Shown one piece after another: positions 1-9,534 of a DNA stretch of 64,000 nucleotides. Each line of letters starts with the position of its first letter. Within the stretch, counting starts at the first letter, position 1. This stretch comes from Candidatus Dormiibacterota bacterium (GTDB lineage Bacteria; Chloroflexota; Dormibacteria; Aeolococcales; Aeolococcaceae). The notes beneath the pieces are model-generated. The model saw nothing but the letters and a program-made list of their open reading frames with translations, was not told the DNA's origin and did no database searches. Where the stretch lies: assembly GCA_963789735.1 (NCBI GenBank), contig CAWBLV010000006.1, forward strand, positions 99,527 through 163,526, in the 5' to 3' direction. Position numbers and translations under genes: made by a program.

Positions 1-542
1 TCATTCGTGGTCTCGTCACGCTCCCACTCGTGTTGCCTCCAGTCGTTGGCGGCATTGCGCTGCAAACCGCGTTCGGCACGACGACGCCGATCGGCACAGT
101 GCTCCACAACCTCTTCGGGATCGTGCTGCCGTTCAGCACCGCCGGCGCGGCGATGGCGGAGGCGTTCGTGGGATTCCCCTTCCTCGTCATCACGGTGGAG
201 GCGGGCCTTCGATCGCGCGACGACCACTACGAGGAGGTGGCCGCGACACTCGGAGCGCGCCCGTGGCGGCGGTTCTGGCGAGTCACACTGCCGCTTGCGG
301 CGCCTTCGATAGCAGCCGGCGCGGCGCTGTGCTGGGCACGCGCGCTCGGCGAGTTCGGCGCCACAATCACGTTCGCCGGAAGTTTCCCGGGGACAACCGA
401 GACGCTGCCGATCGCCGCGTACAGCTCCTTTGAGGGGTCGGGGCAGATCGGTGAAGCGATCACCCTCTCGCTGCTGCTGCTTGCGATTTCGGTTCTCGTC
501 CTGGTGGTGCTGCGCGACCGCTGGCTGGGTGCGCTGCGGTGA
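1..542 (+). CDS. modB: Molybdate ABC transporter permease, C-terminal part (gene starts upstream of the window)
   Basis: Frame 3 reads ...LPLVLPPVVGGIALQTAFG...EAGLRSRDDHYEEVAATLGA...ALGEFGATITFAGSF. This is the typical ModB/CysT permease EAA-loop region. The stop overlaps the next start (GTGA). Confidence 0.85.
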   Translation, partial: IRGLVTLPLVLPPVVGGIALQTAFGTTTPIGTVLHNLFGIVLPFSTAGAAMAEAFVGFPFLVITVEAGLRSRDDHYEEVAATLGARPWRRFWRVTLPLAAPSIAAGAALCWARALGEFGATITFAGSFPGTTETLPIAAYSSFEGSGQIGEAITLSLLLLAISVLVLVVLRDRWLGALR

Positions 543-1591
543 CTCTCAACGCGCGCGTCCGCACGACGCTCGGAACGCTCACCCTCGATTGCGAGGTCTC
601 CGTCGAGTCGAATATCACTGTTGCCGTGCTCGGGCCGAACGGCGCCGGCAAGACCACGCTGCTTCGGATCGTGGCAGGGCTGGTTCCTCTTGATAAGGGA
701 CACATCGATGTCAACGGAGCAGTTTTCGCGGACACGGCAACGCGCACGTGGCTGACGCCTGAGGCTCGAAAGGTCGGATTCGTCTTCCAGGACCACGGGC
801 TTTTCCCGCATCTCAGCGTGCTCGACAACGTGGCGTTCGGACTGCGCGCGAGAGGAGTCGATCCACGGACGGCACATGCCAAAGCGAGCGACTGGCTCGA
901 CCGCGTCGGCCTGGCGAAATACGCATCGAGCCGGCCTTCGGCGCTGAGTGGCGGCCAGTCTCAGCGGGCAGCGCTCGCTCGCGTGCTCGTCACTGATCCC
1001 CAGGCGCTATTACTCGACGAGCCGCTCGCGGCTGTCGACGCGTCCGCGCGGCTCGAGCTTCGCCGCACGCTTCGCGAACATCTCTCGACATTTACCGGCG
1101 TGCGTTTGATCGTGACCCACGATCCACTGGAAGCGGCCTCGCTGGCCGATCGCGTGATCGTGCTGGAAGACGGTCACGTCACCCAGGAGGGAGCGTTCGC
1201 CGAGGTCTCCGCTCGACCACGGTCTCCGTGGATCGCTCGCATGGTCGGGCTCAACCTGCTACGCGGCGCCGTCTCCAACGACGCGATGGTGCTCGACGGC
1301 GGGACCACCCTGACCGTCGCCGCAGACGTATACGGCCCGGCGCTCGCAACCATCCAGCCGCGCGCGGTCGCGCTGTATCGGACCGCTCCGGAGGGGAGTC
1401 CGCGCAACGTGCTGCGATGCGCAGTCGACGGAATTGACCCGGAAGGAGATCGCTGGCGGATCCGCCTCACCGGACCATTTCCGTTGGTTGCGGAGGTGAC
1501 ACCGGCTGCAGCATCGGATCTGCGCCTTGCGGAGGGCGGCGAGGTCTTCGCGGTGGTCAAAGCGACCGAGATCGACGTCTACTCGCTCTAA
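539..1591 (+). CDS. modC: Molybdate ABC transporter ATP-binding protein with C-terminal TOBE/Mop-like domain
   Basis: Walker A GPNGAGKTT, ABC signature LSGGQSQR and Walker B LLLDEP are present. 350 aa, GTG start overlapping the modB stop. Confidence 0.85.
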   Translation: MTLNARVRTTLGTLTLDCEVSVESNITVAVLGPNGAGKTTLLRIVAGLVPLDKGHIDVNGAVFADTATRTWLTPEARKVGFVFQDHGLFPHLSVLDNVAFGLRARGVDPRTAHAKASDWLDRVGLAKYASSRPSALSGGQSQRAALARVLVTDPQALLLDEPLAAVDASARLELRRTLREHLSTFTGVRLIVTHDPLEAASLADRVIVLEDGHVTQEGAFAEVSARPRSPWIARMVGLNLLRGAVSNDAMVLDGGTTLTVAADVYGPALATIQPRAVALYRTAPEGSPRNVLRCAVDGIDPEGDRWRIRLTGPFPLVAEVTPAAASDLRLAEGGEVFAVVKATEIDVYSL

Positions 1592-1653
1592 ATGCCGTGA
1601 GGCCGGGCGTCGATCGCTTGACCTGTGGTCCGCGAACTCGTCACCCTGAAGCT

Positions 1654-2543
<890 letters not shown>

Positions 2544-2547
<4 letters not shown>

Positions 2548-3755
2548 TCGGCAACGCTCCGGGCCCTGTCGAGAGCGTGACGCTCTTTTCGCGTCTGCTT
2601 CGCGACTCCGGGTTGACCACGAGCCCTGAGCGGGTCCGCGACGCGTGTGAGGCACTGCTCGCCGTCGATCTGGAACGTCCGGACGAAGTCCGCTACGCGC
2701 TGCGGGCGGTGTTCGTCACCCGGCGTGAGGAAGGACCGGTGTTCGACGCCGCGTTCGATCTCTTCTTCTCGCGGCCTGGAGGGGAAGGCAAGCCCGGGTC
2801 GATCCCCGGACGCAGCCGTCCGCTCGCGCTCGATCCCAAGCAGGCGCTCGCCTGGATGAACGCGCTTGGTCTCTCGTCGCCGGGTGTCGCCCGGGAAGTG
2901 GAAGGCCCCCCGGCGTCCAGCGCCGGATACAGCGCCGAGGAGTTGCTGCGTCAGCGCGACTTCCGCGAGATGAACTGGGATGAACTGGCGGCCGTGCGCC
3001 GCCTCTTGCGCCAGTCTCCATGGCGCGTTGCCGAGCGGCGGACGCGGCGGCTGCGCGCCGACCGTCGGGGCACCGTTGAGCTGCGTCGCACGATGCGGGC
3101 CGCCGCGCGCCAGGGCGGTGACGCGCAACGCCTCGCGCGTGCGAAGAGCAGGACAAAGCGCCGTCCGATCGTGGTGCTCTGCGACGTCAGCGGTTCCATG
3201 GATCGATACTCGCGCTCCCTCCTGGTGTTTGCCCACGCCATCGGCAGACGCGAGCGCGTGGACACCTTCGCGTTTTCGACACACCTGACCAGAATCACTC
3301 ACTTGCTGCGCCACGGCGACATCGATGCGGCGCTGGACCATGTCGCGAACCAGGTGCACGACATCGGCGGTGGGACCCGCATCGCCGATGCGCTGCACGC
3401 GTTTCAGCGCGACCATGCGCGCCGAGTCCTCGGACACGGGGCGGTCGTCCTCATCATCAGCGATGGGTGGGATCGCGGTGACCCCGAGCAACTCGGGCGC
3501 GAGATGGCCCGGCTGCGCCGGAGCTGCTACCGGTTGATCTGGCTCAACCCGCTGCTTGGAAGCTCCGCGTACCAACCCGAGACCCGCGGCATGGCCGCAG
3601 CTCTCCCCCACTGCGACGATTTCCTGAGCGCGCACAACGTCGTGGCGCTCGACGCGCTTGGGAAGCTGCTCGCGCAGCTACCGCGTCGCGTCAGTCGGTC
3701 GACGCGCGGCGGCGGCGCCGGGCCCGCCGGAAGCGCCGCAGCAAGAGAAGGCTGA
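2544..3755 (+). CDS. coxE: VWA-domain protein (CoxE-like)
   Basis: MIDAS-type motif VVLCDVSGSMDRYS is present. 403 aa, GTGA overlap with coxD. The MoxR+VWA pairing is canonical. Confidence 0.8.
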
Positions 3756-4426
3756 AGAAACCCGCAAGTCCGATCGCGACCGTCTGCGGGCGCACCTTCA
3801 GGCGGCTGAGACGTTCCTTGGCAACGGCCTTGCCCAGCGCTACTGCGTCGAGCGCCGCAGGCTGCGATGCCTGGGTTGGCGGCATCGATATCGGTGGGGT
3901 TGCGCTGGATCCGTTGGCGGCCGGGACAGCATCTGTCGCCGTCGAACCAGCATCGCCGGCCGGCGACGCGGATGGCGGCGGTGCCTCGAGCGTCGACTGG
4001 ATGCATTCGGCAGCCTGTCCGACGAGATGACGTGAAACGTCTTCCATAATCCCGCGGCCGAACTGCGCCACGCGTCCCACGACGGTGAAATCGGTGGTCA
4101 GCGTGACGGTCGAGCCGTCGCCCTCGGCTGCGACCGCCATGACGGTGGTCGCCTGCGCCGTTCCCGAGCCGGTCGTTTCGCGTCCCTCAGCTTCGAGGGT
4201 CGCGGTCCGAAGTCTCGGCGTCGCGCGACGTGATGCGAGCCGTGCCGTTGTAGCTGACCGTGACAGGGCCGACCTTGATCCGCACCTTGCCTTTGAAGGT
4301 GTTCGGGTCGACCACTTCGGACAGCTCGGCACCGGGGACGCAACGCACGACGTTGTTCACGTCGAGCAGGAACTCGTACACACGCTCAGGCGCCGCCTTG
4401 ACGGCGAAGGAATTCTCGATTTGCAT
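3691..4426 (-). pseudogene. coxG: CoxG-like SRPBCC protein with a C-terminal linker and hydrophobic tail, split by a 1-nt frameshift near 4210
   Basis: The N-terminal frame reads MQIENSFAVKAAPERVYEFLLDVNNVVRCVPG...GTARITSRDAE (ATG at 4426). The C-terminal frame reads RTATLEAEGRETTGSGTA...FTVVGRVAQFGRGIMEDVSRHL... and ends in VAIGLAGFFSLLLLRRFRRARRRRR. The junction is at + strand GAAGTC 4209-4214. Confidence 0.7.
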
Positions 4427-4498
4427 TCCACGAATTGTGCACTGCCCGGCAATGCCGGCGGCTTGTGGCATTCGGCCGCGGAAGCGGATACTCAGCAC

Positions 4499-5575
4499 AT
4501 GCGAGACCTGTTGCCCACGCTGAACGAATGGAGCGAGAACGACCCGCTGGTTGCAATCGCGACCGTCGTCGGCACGTCGGGTTCCACGCCGCGTCCGATG
4601 GGCGCCCGTCTGCTCGTCAGCCGCGATGGCCGCATGGCCGGCTCGGTGAGCGGTGGCTGCCTCGAATCCGCCGTCGTGCTCGAGGCGCAGGCGACAATCG
4701 CCGGCGACGCTCCGCCGCGCCTTCTCCACTACGGCATCAGCGACGAGATGGGATGGGCCGTCGGGCTCTCGTGTGGTGGCGAGGTCGATATCTTTGTCGA
4801 GACGCTCGAGGGTGACGGCTCGGATCCCGTGATCGAGGAGGTCCGGCGCGCGATCGAGACGTCGCGACCGGTTGCTCTGCTGACCGCTCTGGACGGAGAT
4901 ACTGCCGGCCACCGGGCAGCCGCCACCGCGGACGGCGGGCTCGTCGGCAGCCTCGGCGGTGCCGCAACCCTTGCGGAGGCGGTCGCCGCCGCACGTCCGC
5001 GAATCGCCTCCGGGCTGCCCGGTGTCGAGGAGATCGCCGGAATGCGCGTGTTCATCGACCCGATCGTCCCCTCGCCGCAACTCGTGGTCATCGGCGCGGT
5101 GCACATCGCCGTCGCCCTGACGACGATGGGGCGCGCAGCCGGGTTCACGGTGTCCGTGATCGACCCGCGAGCCGCGTTCAACAACGCCGAGCGCATTCCA
5201 GATGCCGACCGCCTCGTCACCGCCTGGCCGGACGAGGCGTTGCCCGGATTCGATCTCGGCCCGCGTGACGCTGCTGTCTGTCTTGCCCACGACCCGAAAT
5301 TCGAGGACCCAGCGCTCACCGCGTTGCTGCGTACCGACACCGGTTACATCGGAGCGATCGGCAGTCGCGGGACCCACGCGAAGCGCGTTGGCCGGCTTCG
5401 CGAAGCGGGCTTCGGCGATGCCGACATCGCGCGCATCCACAGCCCGGTCGGGTTGAACCTCGGTGCTGCGACCCCGGAGGAGATCGCCATCGCGATCCTT
5501 GCCGAGATAGTCGCGGTGCGCCGCGGCCGGAACGCGGGGTCGTTGTCAGCGGTCCCTGCCGCGCCGGTCGGGTGA
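4499..5575 (+). CDS. XdhC/CoxI-family molybdoenzyme maturation chaperone
   Basis: ATVVGTSGSTPRPMGARLLV...GSVSGGCLES at the N-terminus. A Rossmann-like C-terminal half reads LVVIGAVHIAVAL...IGAIGSRGTHAKR. The start was taken at ATG 4499 (MRDLLPTL), inside a longer GC-artefact ORF. Confidence 0.85.
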   Translation: MRDLLPTLNEWSENDPLVAIATVVGTSGSTPRPMGARLLVSRDGRMAGSVSGGCLESAVVLEAQATIAGDAPPRLLHYGISDEMGWAVGLSCGGEVDIFVETLEGDGSDPVIEEVRRAIETSRPVALLTALDGDTAGHRAAATADGGLVGSLGGAATLAEAVAAARPRIASGLPGVEEIAGMRVFIDPIVPSPQLVVIGAVHIAVALTTMGRAAGFTVSVIDPRAAFNNAERIPDADRLVTAWPDEALPGFDLGPRDAAVCLAHDPKFEDPALTALLRTDTGYIGAIGSRGTHAKRVGRLREAGFGDADIARIHSPVGLNLGAATPEEIAIAILAEIVAVRRGRNAGSLSAVPAAPVG

Positions 5576-6624
5576 ATCTGGAGGTCCTTCCCGGCACCAC
5601 GGTCGATGGCCCGACGACGCGGTGGGCCGGCGCCGTGCTCTGCCGAGACGTCCTCGACGACAGCGGGCATCCGGTCCTCACCAAGGGCACGATGCTCGGC
5701 CCGGAACATGAGGATGTGCTCCGCACCGCCCATCCCCGTGAACTGCACCTGCTCAGGCTCGACGAGGGCGATGTGGGTGAGGACGCCGCGGCCATTCGCA
5801 TCGCGGCCGCAGTGGCCGGACCGGGCACGGCAGCCCGGCCGCCCGTCGAGTCGCAGGTGCGGGTGGTGGCGGCATGGCGCGGTATGGTCGCCGTCGACGT
5901 CAGCGCCCTCGCGGCGGTCAACGCCGTCGACGGGGTGACGGTCTTCACCGTCCCCGACGGCCTCCACGTGGATGCAGGGAGAACGTTGGCCGGCGTGAAG
6001 ATCACGGCGCTCGCGATCGACGAACCGTCGCTCGCCGCGGCGGTCCGCGCTGCCGGATCGGGATCGGGAGCCGGAATCCTGAGCGTCCGGCCGTTCCTGC
6101 CGCTCCGGATCGCGGCGATCGTGCGGCAGCAACTCACCGACGACGCCCGCGCGCGCTTCGAACGGTCGCTGGGCATGCGCAGCACATGGTTCGGAGGCAC
6201 CATCGAACCGGTCCGCTATGTCGAGGACGACCCCGAGCAGGTGAGGCACGCGCTCATCGACGCAGCCGCGACGGCCAACCTCGTCCTTGCAGTCGGCGTC
6301 GCGTCCGTCGATCCACTGGATGTGACGTGGCAAAGCCTGCTCGCTGCCGGCGCGACGTCAATCCGGCGCGGCCTGCCGATGCATCCGGGGAGCAGCTACT
6401 GGATCGCCGAGCTCGGCGGGCGGCCGGTCATCGGGGTGGCGTCCTGCGGGATGTTCTCGCGACGGAGCGCACTCGACCTGCTCATCGCGCGTCTCCACGC
6501 CGGCCTGTCCCTCGACCCGGCGTATCTCGCATCGCTCGGGCATGGCGGCCTGCTCGGCAGGGAGGCCGCCTGGCGGATTCCACCCTACGAGGCAGCGCTC
6601 GGCGACGATCCCGACGAGGACTGA
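5572..6624 (+). CDS. Molybdopterin-binding (MoeA/MoCF-binding-domain-like) protein
   Basis: 350 aa. The C-terminal GLPMHPGSSYWIAELGGRPVIGVASCG resembles the MoeA domain III motif (compare VAMRPGKPVLIG in moeA at 13438). GTGA overlap with the preceding xdhC-family gene. Confidence 0.6.
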   Translation: MNLEVLPGTTVDGPTTRWAGAVLCRDVLDDSGHPVLTKGTMLGPEHEDVLRTAHPRELHLLRLDEGDVGEDAAAIRIAAAVAGPGTAARPPVESQVRVVAAWRGMVAVDVSALAAVNAVDGVTVFTVPDGLHVDAGRTLAGVKITALAIDEPSLAAAVRAAGSGSGAGILSVRPFLPLRIAAIVRQQLTDDARARFERSLGMRSTWFGGTIEPVRYVEDDPEQVRHALIDAAATANLVLAVGVASVDPLDVTWQSLLAAGATSIRRGLPMHPGSSYWIAELGGRPVIGVASCGMFSRRSALDLLIARLHAGLSLDPAYLASLGHGGLLGREAAWRIPPYEAALGDDPDED

Positions 6625-7880
6625 GCCGCGACCCGCCGTCCCCGGAAGTCATGGGCCACACGTCCGTCTTTGACGACGAGGCGGATGTTGGCCGGATCGG
6701 CGAGGCGATCGATGTCCGCGAGGGGATCGCCGCGGACGGCGACGACATCAGCCAGCATGCCCGGCGAGAGGGCGCCGAGGTCCGGCCGCCGGATCAGTTC
6801 CGCGGGCACTGTCGTCGACGCCACGATCGCCTGCATCGGGGTCATCCCGCAGCGGACCATCAAGCCGAGTTCGCGAAGGTTCTTGCCGTGCGGGCCAACT
6901 GCGGCGTCGGTCCCCATCGCGACCTTCACGCCCGAGGCGATTGCCGCGGAGACGGCTGCCTGGTGGAGGCCGCGGATGCGCTCGGCTTTCGCGATCATCT
7001 CCGGCGGCAGTCCGCCTTCGGCGCGAGCGCCGTCAATGACGTCGCCGGGGGCGACCAGGGTCGGCACGAGGTACGCGCCCTTCTCCTTCATGAGCGCGAT
7101 GCCCTCCTCGTCGAGGAGGCAGCCGTGCTCGATGCTGGTGACACCCGCGATCAGCGCATTGCGAATGCCCGCCGGGGACATCGCGTGCGCCATGACGCGC
7201 TTGCCCACAACCGCGGCCTCCTCCACCGCCACCCGGATCTCTTCGACCGAGAACTGCGCGTGGTCGGGGAGATCGCCTGGGCTCAACACCCCGCCGCTGG
7301 TGCACAACTTGATCCAGTCGGCGCCCGCGTGGAGCACCTCGCGCACTTTGTGGCGCATCCCGTCGACGCCGTCGACGACGCCGTGCGGGACGTCGACGTT
7401 CATGGTGATCCCGACGCGCGCCCCGCACGGCATGAGGTCGTCGCCGTGGCCGCCGGTCTGGCTCAGGAGGCTGACCGCCAGCTGCATGCGGGGCGCCGGG
7501 AAGTACCCGGCCTCCGAGGCGAGGCGCACGCCGACAGGAGTGTGTCCGGCGTCGCGCACGGTGGTCACGCCCGCTGCGAGGGTCACCGCTGAGTTGGGGA
7601 TGGCGTTGAGTAGCGCCAACGACGCGGGCGTCATGAGGATGCGCACGAGGTTGGGGGTCGCAGCCGCCAGGTGCACGTGCATATCCATGAACCCGGGCAG
7701 CAGTGTGAGATCGTCGTCCTCGAGGACGTCGGCGTCAGCCGGGATCGTCAGTGATGAGCGTGCCCCGGCGGCGGTGATGCGGCCGTTCTCGATCACGATC
7801 GCGGCACGCTCGATGGGGTCGCGCCCCGTGCCGTCGATGAGCCGCTCGGCGACGATGACGAGTGCTGGCAACGCACGCAC
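6585..7880 (-). CDS. Metal-dependent amidohydrolase family protein
   Basis: N-terminal AERLIDGTG...ENGRI...LLPGFMDMHVHL (HxH metal motif). 431 aa. The 3' end overlaps the convergent upstream gene by 40 nt. TTG 7871 is an alternative start. Confidence 0.8.
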   Translation of the reverse strand: MRALPALVIVAERLIDGTGRDPIERAAIVIENGRITAAGARSSLTIPADADVLEDDDLTLLPGFMDMHVHLAAATPNLVRILMTPASLALLNAIPNSAVTLAAGVTTVRDAGHTPVGVRLASEAGYFPAPRMQLAVSLLSQTGGHGDDLMPCGARVGITMNVDVPHGVVDGVDGMRHKVREVLHAGADWIKLCTSGGVLSPGDLPDHAQFSVEEIRVAVEEAAVVGKRVMAHAMSPAGIRNALIAGVTSIEHGCLLDEEGIALMKEKGAYLVPTLVAPGDVIDGARAEGGLPPEMIAKAERIRGLHQAAVSAAIASGVKVAMGTDAAVGPHGKNLRELGLMVRCGMTPMQAIVASTTVPAELIRRPDLGALSPGMLADVVAVRGDPLADIDRLADPANIRLVVKDGRVAHDFRGRRVAAQSSSGSSPSAAS

Positions 7881-7921
7881 CTCCGGGATATCGAACTGGA
7901 CCGCCCGAGGCTAGCAGAGCG

Positions 7922-8524
7922 TCAGGCAGGGTCGGCCGCGAGCCGCTCGAAGTCCTCGCGCGTGTCGATATCGATCGGGTGGCCACCCGGCATGTCCGCC
8001 TCGACCGGGGCAACCAGCTCCGGGTGCGCACGGATCAACGCCCGCAGCCCTGTATCTCCTTCGAGGGCCGCGATGTCCCCCCAGAGTTCGCGGGCGAGCA
8101 CGACCGGCGGATGCAGGAGACCGTCAAAGCTGAGCGCTGCCGCCGGGAGACCGGACACGGCTTGGGTATCGAGGAGACGGTTCACGAGATTCGCGCTGAT
8201 GTCCGGCTGGTCGCCGAGGATGACCATCGCCCTGTCCATGCGACTGTCGAGGCTGGCGATCCCTGTCTTCAGCGACGTGCTGAGGCCGTGGAGGTGGTCG
8301 GGGTTGACGACAACGCGGGCGCGTCCGAGCCGGACCGTGCGCCGGATCTCGTCGGCGTGGGCGCCGAGCACAACGACCACTTCGTCAAGTCCCGAGTTGC
8401 ACGCGGCGGCGAGTGCCGCCTCCAGGAGTGGGCGCCCATGGAGCGGGAGCAGCTGCTTCGGCTCGCCCATGCGTCGCGAGCCTCCAGCCGCGAGCACGAC
8501 GCCCGCGGAGCGCAACCCGGGCAC
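7922..8524 (-). CDS. mocA: MobA-like nucleotidyltransferase, probable molybdenum cofactor cytidylyltransferase
   Basis: GVVLAAGGSRRMGEPKQLLPL N-terminal motif. 200 aa from GTG 8524, 2 nt after the xdhC-YHS stop. It lies downstream of coxMSL, whose cofactor is MCD in characterised CODHs. Confidence 0.7.
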   Translation of the reverse strand: MPGLRSAGVVLAAGGSRRMGEPKQLLPLHGRPLLEAALAAACNSGLDEVVVVLGAHADEIRRTVRLGRARVVVNPDHLHGLSTSLKTGIASLDSRMDRAMVILGDQPDISANLVNRLLDTQAVSGLPAAALSFDGLLHPPVVLARELWGDIAALEGDTGLRALIRAHPELVAPVEADMPGGHPIDIDTREDFERLAADPA

Positions 8525-8526
8525 TC

Positions 8527-9534
8527 TCAGCCGGCGGGTGCGCGCAGGAAGCGAGCCGGGTCTGCGATGAACTGCTCCTTGCACCCGGAGCAGCAGAAGA
8601 AATACGTCTGAGCGTCGTGCGATGCGGTGTTCGCGGCATCGCTGGTGTCGACCGTCATGCCGCACACAGGGTCCACTGCGAACGCGGCGAGAGCAGCGGG
8701 GGCCGCGATCGGGTTCGCCGTCATCCGCTCGTGGCGCAGGGCCACCACCTCGGCAAGCGCGTGGAGCGCGATCTCCTCCTGCGCACCGGCGCGCAGTTGA
8801 CCTGCGGGAGCGCGCACGCGCGTGATCTGCGCTTCCGCCACGCCGCGAGCGCGCAACGTGTCGAGCACGCTCACCGATCGGCGCACGCTGGCCACGAGCG
8901 CAACGTCGGCCGACGACAGCGTCAGCGCCGCTTCCAGCGCATCGTCGTCGTAGTGGCCCATGGTGGCGACCACGACCCAGCAGTCCTTCTCGTGTGCGAG
9001 CGCACTCAGGTCGAGGCTGTCGAGCACCCGGTCCGCGGCCGGAAAGTCCGACGTGTGCGCGCCGGGGTGAATCCCGCACGTACGGAAACCGACGACGCGG
9101 CCGAGTTCGATCAGCGTTCTCGCAGCAGGGCTCTCGCCGATGACCGCGAGCAGCGGTTTGGGCAGATGCGGGTCGATGAAGATGTCGAGCGTTCCGCCGC
9201 TCGGGCACGTCGTTGCCACGGTCAGCTCACCTCCGTTGCGTACCTCGAGCGCCTCGACGTCGGGGCGGATGCGCACCAGCCGCGGCAAGCCGTCACTCAT
9301 CGCGACGAGCGCCTCGCGGCGCACGAGCGCCTCGGAGCAGCTGCCGCCGATCCAGCCGTGCAGCTCGCCGTCATCGGTGATCACGGCCTTGTCGCCGGGA
9401 TGCGCCGACGTCGGCGATTCCGTGCGCACCACGGTCGCGAGTGCGCACGGACGGCCCGACGCGGCGGTCTCGGCCAGCAGGACGAGCAGGCGGTCGTCTA
9501 TTCGGTCACCCCCTTGCTGCGCAGCGCAGCCCAC
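8527..9534 (-). CDS. XdhC-family chaperone fused to a C-terminal YHS/TRASH-type metal-binding domain
   Basis: XdhC core: ALATVVRTESPTSAHPGDKAVI...GWIGGSCSE and LLAVIGESPAARTL. C-terminus: DPVCGMTVDTSDAANTASHDAQTYFFCCSGCKEQFIADPARF, the YHS pattern. The GTG start overlaps the coxL end by 37 nt. Confidence 0.8.
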   Translation of the reverse strand: MGCAAQQGGDRIDDRLLVLLAETAASGRPCALATVVRTESPTSAHPGDKAVITDDGELHGWIGGSCSEALVRREALVAMSDGLPRLVRIRPDVEALEVRNGGELTVATTCPSGGTLDIFIDPHLPKPLLAVIGESPAARTLIELGRVVGFRTCGIHPGAHTSDFPAADRVLDSLDLSALAHEKDCWVVVATMGHYDDDALEAALTLSSADVALVASVRRSVSVLDTLRARGVAEAQITRVRAPAGQLRAGAQEEIALHALAEVVALRHERMTANPIAAPAALAAFAVDPVCGMTVDTSDAANTASHDAQTYFFCCSGCKEQFIADPARFLRAPAG

